Source of the DNA: Rhina ancylostomus
Lineage: Eukaryota
NCBI GenBank assembly: GCA_030265395.1
Contig: JARFYF010000084.1
Span: 49,619,631 to 49,683,630, forward strand
Direction: 5' to 3'
Length of the DNA: 64,000 nt
The position numbers and the translations under genes were made by a program. How positions within the stretch are numbered: the stretch's first letter is position 1; every line of letters begins with the position of its first letter. Positions 1 through 12,983 of the stretch are shown piece after piece. The notes beneath the pieces were generated by a model that saw only the letters and a program-made list of their open reading frames with translations, did no database searches and had not been told where the DNA came from.

Positions 1-3000
1 TTTTAAAATGAAAGTTGTTATATTATTTTTAACCAGCTAAAAGATCAAGAAGCATGTGGTTAGACAAACAGACCATGCCCCGGCTACACACACATGCAGA
101 CACACACATCTCGACAGATGATTTTTTTTCCATTGATTTGAGTGAGAATAATGAGTAAAATGGTAGTTATGTAGTAACTGTTCCAGCTCCAGCATCTTCT
201 ACCATACAGTTCCTTCATAGAACCTCTATTGCCTGTAATTCTTTGTTGGGGGTGTGAAGATGTTGGGAGGTGGGGGGGTTCAAAGGTAAAAAATTGCATC
301 TTTCTTAAATGTTATCTCATATTTATTTCAATTATTCTCTTTTGTATTTCATCTCCTCTTCCAGGTCCATGATAATAACCATGGGAATGAAGCATCTGTT
401 GTGTGGGGGTTGACACTGATGCAGGGATGGTGTTAGTCTCCCAGTAGTTGCACACCTCCACAGACTGTCAGAGCCCCAATCTCAACTGATCATGTCAATA
501 GCTCTGCATAGTTCTTAATATACTGAAGGTATTATTTTCATAAATATTATGGAGATGTGTAATTTTATTATACAATAGTTACTTGCATGGGGAATCAGTG
601 CCAGAGGAATTTAGGTAAAAGCTACTCTGGCCGCATTTAATTCTGGAGACCAGAAAATCATAGCTTCATTGTTTGGTAAGATGAAGGGGGGAGGGCAGGA
701 GTCATTGGTGGGATTGTTGGTGGTGGTGGAGGGGGGGACGTTGGTGATGAGGGGTTGTAATCTGAATCTGATGAAGTTACCAAGTTAGTTATTGTAAGTA
801 TGCAAAAGTATGGCAAATTAAATTTAATGTAAGTAACTGCAATAAATTTTACATATCAGAATAAAAAATGGGAATGATATTTACCGAATAAATGGTTTTA
901 CACTGCACAGGAAACAGGCCAAAATAGATCTGGGGGTGCTGATGTAACAAATGTTGACTGTGATCAATCACTGCAGAACAGCAATCAACAACACAGAATT
1001 GTAGACTGTATTTCTTATCTAGTGCAGTCTAGGGATGAGAATTAGGTTCCGTCACCATAACTTCACTAGAACTGTATCATAAACCTCACATATGTTGATA
1101 ATTGGGTTCTTATTCATACTTGCAGCAAAGAAGTGGTGCAGAAAATACTCCAAAGAAATTAGGGGCCCATGTCTGCCTGAAGCCCAAATATACCATAATC
1201 ATATGGTGTACTCATAATGTATTATTTTTAATTGTACATTTTATTCTTGTTATAAATCTACAAGAAAGTAATGCAAAGGAAGGCAACAATTCTGATTTTG
1301 TCTGTAAGAATTTTTCTCTGCTATCTTTCCCGAACTTGGGTGTAATAGTTATGGAAATACTTGGGAGGCTTACTTCTAATTCTTTACCTCTACTTTGGTT
1401 TCCATGGTTGGGCCAGAACTGGTTCTTTCAATCCTTATCCTCTTCATGCTAAACGTGCAACATATCATACCATTATGAAAATGTACTTTGGCTAACCANN
1501 NNNNNNNNNNNNNNNNNNNNNNNNNNNNNNNNNNNNNNNNNNNNNNNNNNNNNNNNNNNNNNNNNNNNNNNNNNNNNNNNNNNNNNNNNNNNNTAAAACA
1601 ACTGTAAAAGAAAATGGAGGTAAAATGTCCTCTTCATCCCAAAATGCTACATCTGGACCTTAGTCTCTGCTGAGGCCTGCAAAGCACGTCTTTGAGTGTC
1701 TTCTGCATCTCTCAAAAATGTGTTGAAATATGGCTCTACTTGGGAGATATACATATTCCAATTGCAACCAGCTTCCCCTGAGGCAGTTACATGTATGCAA
1801 CTTTACATACTCCAGAGAAATACAGAAATTATTGGTTTGGGCTACCAATGTGCTTTTTATTTCCTGATATTTAATCTCCTCCCATCCCTAAACTCACATA
1901 TATTTTCCTGCTTCTACCATAGTGCACAAAATGCACCCTGTAATAAACTTTTGATTCTCTTATTATACATATCCATTCTATAACATAAAACATAAGGACA
2001 ATCACAAATACTTTACAATGTGAGCTACTAATGTNNNNNNNNNNTTTTGATTTTCACATCCTTCCATCTCTTCTAACAAGACAATATCAAATTCAGTGTA
2101 GGAAAGGAGATGATACCAGAAAAACTGGCAAGAGACCATGTTCACACAGAGGCGAATAGTAATTAGATCCTTGCTGAAGGCTTGAGACTACATTGAGGCA
2201 GTACTGCGATAGCCTCAATAAGTTATTAGATTGCAGTTCTGTTTGCTCATTAACCTTCTGCATTGTTAATTTGTTTCCCAAAAAAACCCATAAATGTTAA
2301 AAAGATACAATTTCTCTCCCACATTCTTATTAGCTCTTGGTATATAAAATATATATTGGAATCATATTACTGGGGATTGTGACATAAAGCTGATCCAGTG
2401 AATATTATGTAGACTTGATGTGAATGCTGTATAAATTTGGGCATTGGTAAACAAAGAATTATTTGCTTCTTGTACTTCGATGATCCACCATGAATATTTT
2501 CCATGAAATTTAATTAAGGAATGTGCTGTTCTGCAAACCTACTCAATCATTGGGGAAAGGTTGCCTGTGAAATAATGGAGGCAAATATTTGTTTCATTGT
2601 ATCAATGAACAGAGAAACTCGCTCTTTGTTCACAATAATCTAACAGATTTTGAAATTTCTCAGACAGCTTATCCAAGTTTTCCCTAACCAAAAAAAAGCT
2701 AGTTAGTGCCTCTGCATTTAGCTGTTATACTGTCATTCCAGTTGATTCTTGAATTCATGACATATACTAGAAACTCAGTTATCAATTGTGAAAGAACAAA
2801 CAAAACGTAGCAGATAATTAGCATTATATCCTTTGTGCACAACTGGCAGCTGCAACACATGGTACATGGTGCTATCAGTCTTGGAAAATGTTCTGACAAT
2901 AGTAATAATTTGACATTAATCCCGCAAAAAGTTGGTACATTGTTACCTTTGGGATTCTGTTGATATCCTGCCAGAGATCACTGAGTTGCCCCCTTCATGT

Positions 3001-4214
3001 GGAAAATTTCAAGACCCAATTACTTAAGGGCTAATTGTTTAAATGTGTGCCTTGTTTTAGACTGCATGGTGTCCTGGTATAGAAATATTCCTACCAAGAT
3101 AGCACATTGGTAAGTTCCCCAATGATTTTTAAATTCAGTGTTGGTGTACAGGAAAACAGACATTCAGTAAATAAAAGAATCAAAATAGTTTAAAGTTGGA
3201 ATTTAAACTATTGCTGTGCTCGTCTTTGATATTCATTGTTTACTTGAATTGTAGCTTGCTACTATTTTGGAACTTTATGTATCTTGGAAGTTATGTACAG
3301 AGAATTAAGGATTCCTTTGAACATGTGAACATGTTGCAACAAGTTTTGACTAAGAAAGGTGAAAACATGACTATTCTTTTTATTCCAAACCTTACAATGC
3401 TATTATCTGACTGTGGAAACTAGCAGATAGGACTGGGTTTTTGAGTGGGTGGGATTGTGGTGGTTGGGGGCGTTGGATCTCATTTCAGAGAGATATATAG
3501 TATGGCTCTATGACTCTTTGACTCTCAATCAAAGGAAGACTCAGTTTGTCTGTGGATGATCAGTAAGTNNNNNNNNNNNNNNNNNNNNNNNNNNNNNNNN
3601 NNNNNNNCTTGATCCAAAAAAGTGCTTGTTGAACATTGAAAAGACAGTACAATGTAAACTCATAGCTATAATGTTTTCATTTATCATATCATTTCTGGGT
3701 CAAAATTAAAAATATTTTGTTTTGATCAAGTGACATTGAAATGATAGTCCAGTAGCATATTTTTTAATCTTGGATATTGATTAAGATTGGTGAACATTCA
3801 ATGTACAAGAAGAACTCAGCACTCTCAATATGGAATCATACAACAGAGAAGGAAACCATTCACTTGAATATACCTGTGCTGACTCTCTGAAAGATCTATT
3901 GATTAGACCTATTCTTCTATTCCTTTTCCAAAGCCTTGCAAGTTTTTTCTTTTTGAGTGAATATCTGATTCCCTTTTGAAAATTATTATTGAATCTACTT
4001 CCACCAATTTTCAGGCCAAGCATTCAGAATAAATAAATTTTCCCATCTCCATTGTGGCTACATAGAATCATCAACATTTACAGCCCAGTAAGCCATTAAG
4101 TTCACAGTAGTTGCAGCAGCTATTAGTGTTAATTCCACTTTTTAGATATTGATCTATTGCCCTGTAGGTCATGGCACTTCAAACTTTATTGGTATGCTTT
4201 AAATCTGAATTCAG

Positions 4215-4925
4215 TAAGAGGAATCAAAAAGCAATGAGTGAAGTTCAGAGGGATCCAAGTGTTCCAGTGCATCAATCACTAGTTAGCAGACAGGTCCCAC
4301 AGGTAGTTAAGAAAGCAAACAACATTTTGGCCTTTATTGCAAAGGGTTGGACTTTAGAAATGGGGAGGTTCAAGAACAAATGTACAGGGGTTTGATGAGG
4401 CCATACCTGGAATACTGCACACAGTTTCAGTCTCATTACCTAAAAAAGAACAGAGTAGCATTGAAGAGAGTCCAAAGGAGATCCACCAAGCTAATTCCTT
4501 GGAGAGAGAGGGTTGTCCCATCAAGATGGTTTAAACAGTTTGGGTCTGTATTCTTTGAAGTTTAGGAGAATGAGGGGTGCTTTTCTAGAGACATTTAAGA
4601 TCCTGAGGGGGCATAATAGGATAGATGTTGAGATGTTTTCACTTGTGAGAAAGTCTCAAACGAGGGGGACATAGTTATAAGGGGCCAGTCATTTAAAACA
4701 GAGGTGGGTAAAAATTTCTTTTTGCAGAGGGTGTTGAATATCTGAAATTCTATGCCTCAGAAGGTTGTGGAAGATAGATAATTAGAGGTATTTTGGATAT
4801 GTTTTTGAAAGATTGGACAATGGGAAACTGGCGCAACAGGAGGCCAGCATGGATCATCATATTGAATGATGGGGAATGTTGAGGGGCTAGGAGGTCAAGT
4901 CCTGCTCCTATTTTCTTGTGTTCTT
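4215..4925 (+). mobile_element. CR1 LINE, 3' fragment (ORF2 C-terminus + 3' UTR), degenerate
   Basis: Translations QVVKKANNILAFIAKG and YRGLMRPYLEYCTQF..RVQRRSTKLIP match the CR1 ORF2 C-terminus (KKAN.ML.FI.RG, LVRPHLEYCVQFWSP). Ends in a CR1-type tail. Confidence 0.85.
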
Positions 4926-6169
4926 GTGATCTGATGAGGATTTCTGCCTCCAGTCCTTCCTGGAATGTTTTATAAATTTCCTTCTTGCTCTTAAATCCAT
5001 TGTTGCAATCAATAAAAGCAAACACAATCTTTATGCAAATGCACACATGAACAATGCAGTCACGTTGGTGATTCGCTTTTGCAAAAATATGTGAGTCTTC
5101 CAGACAGGGCATGAAGGCCACCTGATAAAGCAGCAGCCTCTTCATTTGTCCTTCATGTTTCTAAGGATGGGAAATATTATCATTGCTTAGTTTATCACTT
5201 ATAGGGTAAAAATAAAGCAAGAATTGATGTATGTTATTTAACTGTGGGCTAAACTCTATTCAAAATGCCAGAAAGCTCATTTTGCATGCATACTATTCTT
5301 ACATTTATGTCAGCTCAATGAAAATTCCAGCCAGGGCAAAATTCTTACAAATTACTAAATTAATATGAATGTTACATTTCCAAATAATATTTGATGGGTT
5401 TAAAATCTGTTTGCTGGCATTTAAATTACATTACAAACTCAGAAAATAAGGAAAAATGAATTTAATCATGCCTGCAGTTATTAGAATCTCATTAGTATAC
5501 TTGTAGTTTCGAACCTTATAGAAGCCACAGAAGGAATAAGAAATCATTAGTGAACATAAGACACAATTAATGTTGGGAAATCTATAAACGATGCTGCTGA
5601 AATTTTCTTTTATTAGAAACATCACATCAAAACAACCAGGAAACAGCTTCTTTTATTCTCCTTAAACAAAAGATGTTGGACCATGAAACTTTTATAGCTG
5701 CCAATGTTGTCTATAGAATAACCTGTGCTTCATGAAATTGCCTGACTAGTTAAGTGGAACTGCACTTCTCTTTAAGCCTATTCCTGCTATCTTGTCCAAT
5801 GCTGAAAATTACTTGTTCTGCAGTTCATGCTTATGCTGAATATTCTGTCATTGGCCCAATGGAATTTGAAGCATGAAGTAACTTTAAAGAGACCATGGGC
5901 AGAGTTACAGAAACATTTAATGTTATAAGTGTAATCACAGAGATCATTCCTCCCTTGTAAAGTATGGCCTTCCTCATAAAAATGGTCCCTATTTTGTGAC
6001 TTGATTCCCCTTTAACCACAGTTCCTACACAGACTGTTTTTTCACTCTGTGACCAAATTGTTAAATTCTGTGGATGGGTCTTTCTGATCCTGCCAGTTTT
6101 GTTATGGTGAAGTAATCTCATCTGCAATGTTCAAGACTGCTTCACTTCAGCTTTGAACCTTTACCATAA

Positions 6170-6285
6170 AGGGGATGTGGAGAGAGCAGGAAAATTGTAC
6201 TGTGGATCAGCCATGACCGAATTGAATGATAGAGCAGGCTGAAGGGTCTATTCGTTTGTTTTATGTTCTTATGTTTCTATGTTGC
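6170..6285 (+). mobile_element. CR1 LINE 3' tail
   Basis: gatcagccatgacc..attgaatga..agagcaggctgaaggg..tatgttcttatgtttctatg resembles the other CR1 3' ends in the window. Confidence 0.6.
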
Positions 6286-7080
6286 TACCATTTCATCTGT
6301 GACCTGACACATACTTTCTCCTTAACACACCACAAACCTTATAATTCTTGGCCCTGATTTATTCTATTCAATCAAAGTTCTCAGACATCTAGTAGCCATT
6401 GAGTATCATTCAGTGTAAATAAAAGAATTATATACATGGTTTGAGAGAATGGCTTGGGAAAAGAAAGGCTGTGGTGCAGTGTTACCACAGTGTTAAGGAC
6501 AATGGACTTAAGTAGCAAGGCTTATGGTAGGTGAAATTGGAGAAAAATGCAGGGTTTGTTTGTACTGTCGCTTCAATGTATGCACCGATATTCACTTCTC
6601 AATTGTTCTTAGACATGTGTTCATTTCTATTTTCCCTCTAGACCAGCTTGCATTGATCTTTAGTCCATGGCTCCATTGGGGACCAAACTGCACCCGTCAA
6701 CTTGTTTCAGCTTTCCATGTCTTTGTGTTGCAGCGCAGAAGTACAGAAATCATTGGAAGTGAGATGAGGGAGCAATTGGCCTCCCACAGTCTAGCAGCAG
6801 TTCCTGATCAAACTGAGCTGAGGTGTGGGCTGAGCTGATGTGTATCTGGCCTTCAGTTTTATGCTGGCCATGGCTGGTGTATCAAGGAGATGTAATAAAA
6901 AGATAAGGGAAGTCAAATGGTTCATTTAATTTTTTTTCAAAGTAATATTAATATTTGAATTAAATTACAGGGGTGAACGTGTTTTAAATAAATGGCAACA
7001 GGCCCTTCGGGCCAACTGATATATGCCAACCAAGATGTCTGTCCAAGCTAGTCCTATTTTCCTGTGTTCAGCCCATATCT

Positions 7081-7239
7081 CTTCAGGGATCTCTTACAGG
7101 ATGTTACGGATAAATTTGTCCCTGGAGGCATAGAAAGAATGACAGGGTGAAGGAACAATGGGTGACAAGAGAGGTGGAACATCTAGTTAGGAGGAAGAAG
7201 GCAGCATACATAAGGTTTAGGCAGCAAGGATCAGATAGG
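7081..7239 (+). mobile_element. CR1 LINE ORF2 internal fragment (upstream of RT)
   Basis: KEQWVTREVEHLVRRKKAAYIRFRQQGSDR matches the CR1 'PW.T..I..L.K.KK.AY' segment. Preceded by an antisense CR1 tail at about 6995-7080. Confidence 0.75.
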
Positions 7240-7339
7240 NNNNNNNNNNNNNNNNNNNNNNNNNNNNNNNNNNNNNNNNNNNNNNNNNNNNNNNNNNNNN
7301 NNNNNNNNNNNNNNNNNNNNNNNNNNNNNNNNNNNNNNN

Positions 7340-7426
7340 CCTGAGGAAGTATCCTGACTCCAGTCCTGTACCAGTGTGCTGCATTTAGGTTCTCTGTGAG
7401 CTTGCTCTTTGCTCAACATTGTGACA
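7340..7426 (+). mobile_element. Gypsy-type LTR family A, partial (3' end), inserted next to CR1 sequence
   Basis: Reverse complement of the 19417 and 53155 copies; ends ...caacattgtgaca. The rest is lost in an N-gap. Confidence 0.85.
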
Positions 7427-7670
7427 CCCTCCAGTCTAGATAACCTCTGTAATTCTCATTAATCTTTTCTGCATCCTTTCCAGCTTAATGACATCCTTCC
7501 TATAGCTGGGTGACCAGAACTGTGCATAATACTCCAAGTTCAGTACCACCAATGACTTGCAGTTGCAATATAGCATCTCAAATCCTGTATTAAATGCACT
7601 GACTGATGAAGGCAAGTGTGCCATGTGCCTTCTTCACCACCTTTTGTATCTGTGTTGTGACTTTTAATGA
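7427..7670 (-). mobile_element. CR1 LINE ORF2 C-terminal fragment
   Basis: Minus-strand LVVLNLEYYAQFWSPSYRKDVIKLERMQKRLMR. Confidence 0.85.
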
Positions 7671-8562
7671 ACTTCAATTGGTTCTCAATATCTGATCATT
7701 TAGAGGCAATGGAAAAGGCTTTCTGACAGTAAATGTATCAAAAGGCTACAGGGGAGGTCTGCAGTTTTTATGTTGCAATGTAAGAGGCCTGTACATAGCT
7801 TGCGGACCACTCTGCCTCTCAAAATTACTGTAATGATGACACCTCTAGGACACTGGAAGATACATAGCTACTGAAGGTTAATACAGCCACTTATATTCTG
7901 TGAAAGACAATTGCGAAATACTGGCTGAATTCAGCATGGTCTGTCCCAAACTGTTCTTGCAACATTTTTCCTTGCTTTCTAATGCTTTACAGAAATAAAT
8001 TCAGGTTAACAATATTCTGCTCTGAAACTATTCAAGTGAACACAGCTGTCAGCTGTAATCTCCACGGATGCTCACTTCTACAAGTGAAAGATAGTTGCAG
8101 TTACACTCATCGATGACCTTGCAAGGCAATTTATTCCAAGTGCATATAAGAGTAAAGGAATTGGTATTGCTCTACATTGATAATTTCTTTTGCAGTATGG
8201 TTTGTGCTCCCTGGGAAAACTGTGCAGCAAAGTGGCAGCATAATCCTATCAAAATCCACAGGGCAGGAAAATTTACATAATTTAAATAAACTCTCTGCAT
8301 ATTTTTTCCTGTTTTCAGAGACATTGCAGACAAAGTCTTTTGGCTCTGGGGAGGTTTAATCAACAACATTACTGGAGGAAAGAGCAGAGCAACCCTTCAG
8401 CAAGGATAGATTGTAACAGAGCAGATAGACCTGAGGGTGTGGAAGAATTGGATAGTCATTCCATGCTTTAACTGAATTTAGTGGGTCAATCAGTGGTATG
8501 ACCAGAGGTGAGCAATTCCAGATTAGCCAGAGGTCAAAGTTTGCAGTTATAGCCATGATTTT

Positions 8563-8855
8563 GGCACAGTGGCACAGCAGGTGGTGCTGTCACATAGCTC
8601 CAGTGACCTGGGTTCAACCCTGACCTCCTATGCTGAATGAGTGGAGTTTCCAAATATTCCATGTAACCCTGTGGTTTTTCTCCAGTTCCCTTCCATTTCC
8701 CAAAGACATGCTGGTAGGTAGGTGGATGATTGGAGAATCAGGGTGGATTTGATGGGCACCTGAGACGGAAAAGATTACAGTAGGAGAATAGGATTGATAG
8801 GATTGCACTGAAAGATAACATAGAATCAATGGGATGAACGGCCTCCTTCTACACT
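8563..8855 (+). mobile_element. V-SINE (HE1-like) tRNA-derived SINE
   Basis: Head ggcacagtggcacagc..gacctgggttcaaccctgacc (B-box GGTTCAACCC); V-domain gtggagttt..gtggttttt ctcc..cccaaagacatg; CR1-like tail. Confidence 0.7.
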
Positions 8856-9239
8856 GTAAAAAAAATAGAATTCCTAACTGGAAGTGGGTCTCTTTGCAGC
8901 CCCTTTATGCTGCAATGTAACTGGGCTTCCCCTGGACACAAGCAAGAATACTGAAGCAATTGGATGGACACTGGTAGCACATTCTGATAGCCAGAGCTCT
9001 TCAGCAACTGTTCACCAAAGACCACACCTGAGAAATCTCTGCTCCCGTCTTGTCCAATTCTTCCACTCTCCAATGAACTGCATTTTTCCTGAAGTCTGGC
9101 ATTGGTATTAGCATCAACTAATGTTACAAATACAACAAAAATGCTCTGCACATGCAAATTTTAGATAACACTGTAATTACTAAATTTCCCTAACAATTAT
9201 TTATACTAATTATCTCCCTGGTGTAACCCCCTGATGCCT

Positions 9240-10165
9240 ATCTTAAGTTCTCTCCTTGATAGTGTTGTACTTCAAAGAGGTGTATCCTTCTTTTCTCCCT
9301 TAATTCCATCTCTGCCTCAGCTCATCTGCTGCTGAAACTTATCTAACACCTTGCGACCTCTAAATCTGATTATTCCAACACATTTGTACCCAGCCTCCCT
9401 TGTTCTGTTCTAGGAGATTTGAGGTAATCTAACACTCTGCTGTATGTGCTGTAATTTGCACAGAGTTCCACTCATTTGTGGCCACTCTGCTTGCTGATCT
9501 ACATTGACTTCTGATTAAGTTATGGTAGTTGGTAATTGGTTAATGATTGTCACAAGTAGAGGATCACAGAGAAAAGCTTTTGTTTGCATGCCATCCAGAC
9601 AGATCATTCCATACAGAAGTACATTGAGGTAGTACCAAAGGAAAAAATTGTTTTGCGTGCTATCTGTACAGATCATTTCATCACATCAGTGAATTAGGTA
9701 ATACAAGGGAAAGCAATATATAGGGTTACAGTTACAGAAGTGCAGTACTAGTAGACAAAGAAGGTGCAAGGGCCATGTTGAGATAGACTGAGTGATCAAG
9801 AGTTCATCAGTACCTTGATTTTAAAATTCTTACCTGAATTTTAAAATCCTTTCATGATCTTGCTGCTCTGTACCTTTGTCACTACTCCAGCTCCACAACT
9901 GTAAGATATTTTTTAATTCTGACATGTTGTCCATCCCCAAAGTCCATTGATCCACCACCATATGCTCTGTCTTCAGCTGCTGGGGTGTGGAATTTCCTCC
10001 CAAAATCTCCAGCACTCTCCTCTATAAGATACTCCATTAAAACCAATCTCATTGCCCAAGCTTTGGTCATCTGATGTAATATTTCCAATGCCATGCAGTG
10101 TTAATTTGCTTTTGTTTAGTAACTCTCCTATGAAGTGCATTGGAATGATTTTGCTACATTCAGAG
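9240..10165 (+). mobile_element. L2-type LINE 3' fragment, split by a Rex1 tail insertion
   Basis: ctcagctcatctgctgctgaaact..tattccaac..ctacattgacttctgattaag resumes as cagtaccttgattttaaaattctt..; gccttcagctg-like motif and gtgaagtgcattgg-type tail. Confidence 0.65.
9523..9807 (-). mobile_element. Rex1/Babar LINE 3' UTR with internal ~70-bp duplication
   Basis: Similar to 46866-47090; the unit ttgttt(t)gc.tgc.atc...acagatcatt.cat occurs twice. Confidence 0.7.
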
Positions 10166-10539
10166 TATGAAGTAAAGAAATCGTCACTGCTGTCTGCATT
10201 CAGAGGTGACAGAAAGGTGGTGTGACTCTGTAAGGAGGTCTTGAGGCAGCAACAGTCAACAAGCTTTTGGAACGAACCTGAGACCTTACTGCATATAGCA
10301 ACAAATTGGTAGCTGGCAGAATAGTATGACTCAGATGATTTCCAGCAACCTGGATGGACATACTGGTGGGATTGCCATGGGAAAGGGCATGAAGTGTGAA
10401 ATGGTCAAACCTTTGCAGCTCCCTTGTGGGTTACTGGCTTACCCACAAGGGACTACAGTACAGCGCTCACAGATGAAAGACATCTGTGTTATAATTAATA
10501 TTTCTATTGAAGTAGTCTTCCAGCCAATGGAAAGCAGAG

Positions 10540-10800
10540 GAGGTGATAAACCAAGGGCATTGTGAGCAACCTTGTGAGATGCTTTAACTGATGCCTTGAA
10601 AGGAAGATCCAGCTGCTGTAACCAGTGAGGTGACTCCACACTCCATACCCATGGAATGTTGATGATATGCAAATGAACTCGTCAGAAGCTCAACGACTGC
10701 CGTGGTTCAAGAAGGCAGCTCATCACCACCTTCTCAAGGGCATCAAGGGATGGGACTGTCAACAGCTGGCTCAGCCTATGAAGGCCACTCCCTTGAATGT
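10540..10800 (+). mobile_element. LINE 3' tail (family also at 32745, 43745, 53800, 61780)
   Basis: gactgccgtggttcaagaaggcagctcatcaccaccttctcaagggc is shared with the other copies in the window. Confidence 0.6.
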
Positions 10801-10989
10801 ACATATTAAAAAAAACATAGACAGGAAACGAGAGTTGAGATTGCAGTCAATCAGCCATGACCTTATTGAATGGCAGAGCAGGCTCACTGGGGTTGATGCC
10901 TGAATGGCCTCCTCCTGCCCCTAATTTGTACATTCATAAATTTGTATGTTCATAAGTAGAAGATCGGTTGAACGTAGGAGGACGGATGG

Positions 10990-11445
10990 GCCACAGTGCA
11001 GAGAGTTGTTGACACAGCTCAGAGCATCACAGAAACCAGCCTCCCCTCCATGGACTCTGTACTTCTCGCTGCCTCAGTAGAGCAGCCAGCTTAATCAAAG
11101 ACCCCACCAACCCCAGACATTCTCTCTTTTCCCCTCTCATTGAGCAGAAGATACCACCAGGCTCAAGGACAGCTTCTATCCCACTTTTATAAGACTATTG
11201 AACAGTCCTCTTGTACAATAAGGTGGAGTTTTGACCTCACAATCTATCTCTTTATGACCTTGAACCTTATTGTCTACCTGTACTGCACTTTCTCCATAGC
11301 TGTGATACTTTACTCTGCATTCTGTATTGCTTTATCTTCTACTACCTCAATGCAGTGTGTAATGAATTGATCTGTATGAATTGTATGCAAGACAAATTTT
11401 TCACTGTACCTCAGACAAGGAACAATAATATAACAATTCCAATTC
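10990..11445 (+). mobile_element. Rex1/Babar LINE 3' end
   Basis: agcctcccctccatggactctgt..cgctgcctcagtagagcagccagcttaatcaaagacccc is homologous to 47200-47300 (minus); ends in caattccaattcc. Confidence 0.8.
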
Positions 11446-12019
11446 CATTTCTGCACAGAACCTCCATCGATGTCAGAGTGCAAACCAGCCCATTATGTTT
11501 TAAAGGTTGGGATCTTCAGATTCACAGCAGAGACAAGGCACAGGGTGTCTGCAGGGTTAAGGTGAATAAAAGTGCATCATTAGAACAAGTCGCACTCAGT
11601 GTTCTCTGCAGCTTGGCCTGGGTCTTTTTCTGAACCTACAGATCTGAAGGAGGAACTCAGATTAGCACTTAAGGGTAAATGTTACAGGGGCAGGTGAATG
11701 TCAGTGCCACGTGCAATCAAGTTGACATTCAGCGTATATAATGGATTCTCAGTATAAGGGGAAAAAGGGAATTACCTGAACACCACATTGCAAGTATCCT
11801 GCAGAGCCAGCAATTGCCACACACCTCCCTTAATATCTCCATTCAATTATGTGCCAGTGATCTTGAAAGAAGAGTGGGAATGAATTAATATTTGTCCCGT
11901 GGATGGATCCAGAATACGATTGAGACTGCATAATATAGTGTCCATGATGACAAGAAGTGTCAGAAATGAACAATGAAAAGTTTGATGAGGGCAGCAGCCA
12001 AACTGCGCAAACATAGAAG

Positions 12020-12199
12020 TACAGTTAGAACAGTACAGCACAGAAACAGGCTCGTTGCCCATAATGTCTGTATCAAACATGGTGCCAAATTAAACTGAAT
12101 CTCTTCTGCCCGCACATGATCCATATCCCTCCATTCCCTGCATAATCGTGTGTCTATCTAACAAATTCTTAAACACCACTATTGTATCTGATTCCACCA
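12020..12199 (-). mobile_element. CR1 LINE 3' end
   Basis: agaacagtacagcacagaaacaggc..ccatatccctccattccc is the reverse complement of a CR1 3' tail. Confidence 0.75.
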
Positions 12200-12299
12200 N
12201 NNNNNNNNNNNNNNNNNNNNNNNNNNNNNNNNNNNNNNNNNNNNNNNNNNNNNNNNNNNNNNNNNNNNNNNNNNNNNNNNNNNNNNNNNNNNNNNNNNN

Positions 12300-12470
12300 T
12301 TGGCTGCTTCACCAAGACTGTGAGAGGTAAAGACAGAGTCCATGGAGGGGAGGCGGATGTGCATGATGCGCTGTGCTGTGCCCACGACTCTCTGCAGTTT
12401 CTTGCGGTTCCTGGGCAGAGCAATTGCCGTGATACATCCAGATAGGATGCTTTCTATGGTGTTTTGATTG
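12300..12470 (-). mobile_element. Rex1/Babar LINE ORF C-terminal fragment
   Basis: TIESILSGCITA..RNRKKLQRVVGTAQRIMHIRLPSMDSVFTSHSLGEAA. Confidence 0.85.
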
Positions 12471-12969
12471 CTTAGAGCAGGCACCCTCTGAATGGTATTT
12501 GCAACCTACACACATGAGACATTTAATGTGAAATAGCTGACAGTAGTTGAACGTCTATGACTGTCTTCTGGGCAGTCTGATTGGACTCAGTCCCTGAGTT
12601 ATCCTGGTCTTTCAAAGAACTCAGAATTAGATTTATTTAGGGATACAAAGTCCAGCATGGATTAGGGCCCAAACCTGTTGCCATCACCAAGAATCCTAGA
12701 ATTTTGAAAATTCTTTGAAACCAAGACTTGCCCTTTTACTTGATACAGAGTGAAAACTTTTCTCACTCCCAACAGCTGAACAGAATTTAATTTGACTCTA
12801 TTTATATAAATGATAATTTTTGCTGGGAACTCTCTGGATCCTCCCTGGCACTTGGAGTAATTAATGACTGTTACTCGGACACGAACTCCTGGTCACTGTG
12901 ATATGTCATTGTTATCCTCCACATAGCAATATCCAATTATAATCAAAACTGCTTTGTCTGATGCTGCTG

Positions 12970-12983
12970 GTTGTCATGGTGAT
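12970..12983. promoter_or_regulatory. RFX X-box-like motif (GTTGTCATGGTGAT)
   Basis: Imperfect match to GTTGCCATGGCAAC in unique sequence; GGGGCGGGAA GC-box at about 13050. Confidence 0.3.

Noticed and set aside
8563-8630. tRNA-like A/B boxes
   Set aside because: SINE head; no cloverleaf, and it is followed by a V-domain.
11847-12080. ORF with ILDPSTGQILI, superficially cadherin-like
   Set aside because: No other cadherin motifs; the ORF starts inside a CR1 tail and has no coherent splice frame.
12912-12977. Minus-strand MTTSSIRQ.. resembling the epsin-2 N-terminus (MTTSSIRR)
   Set aside because: Similarity ends after 7 residues and the frame stops after 21 codons; no ENTH sequence follows.
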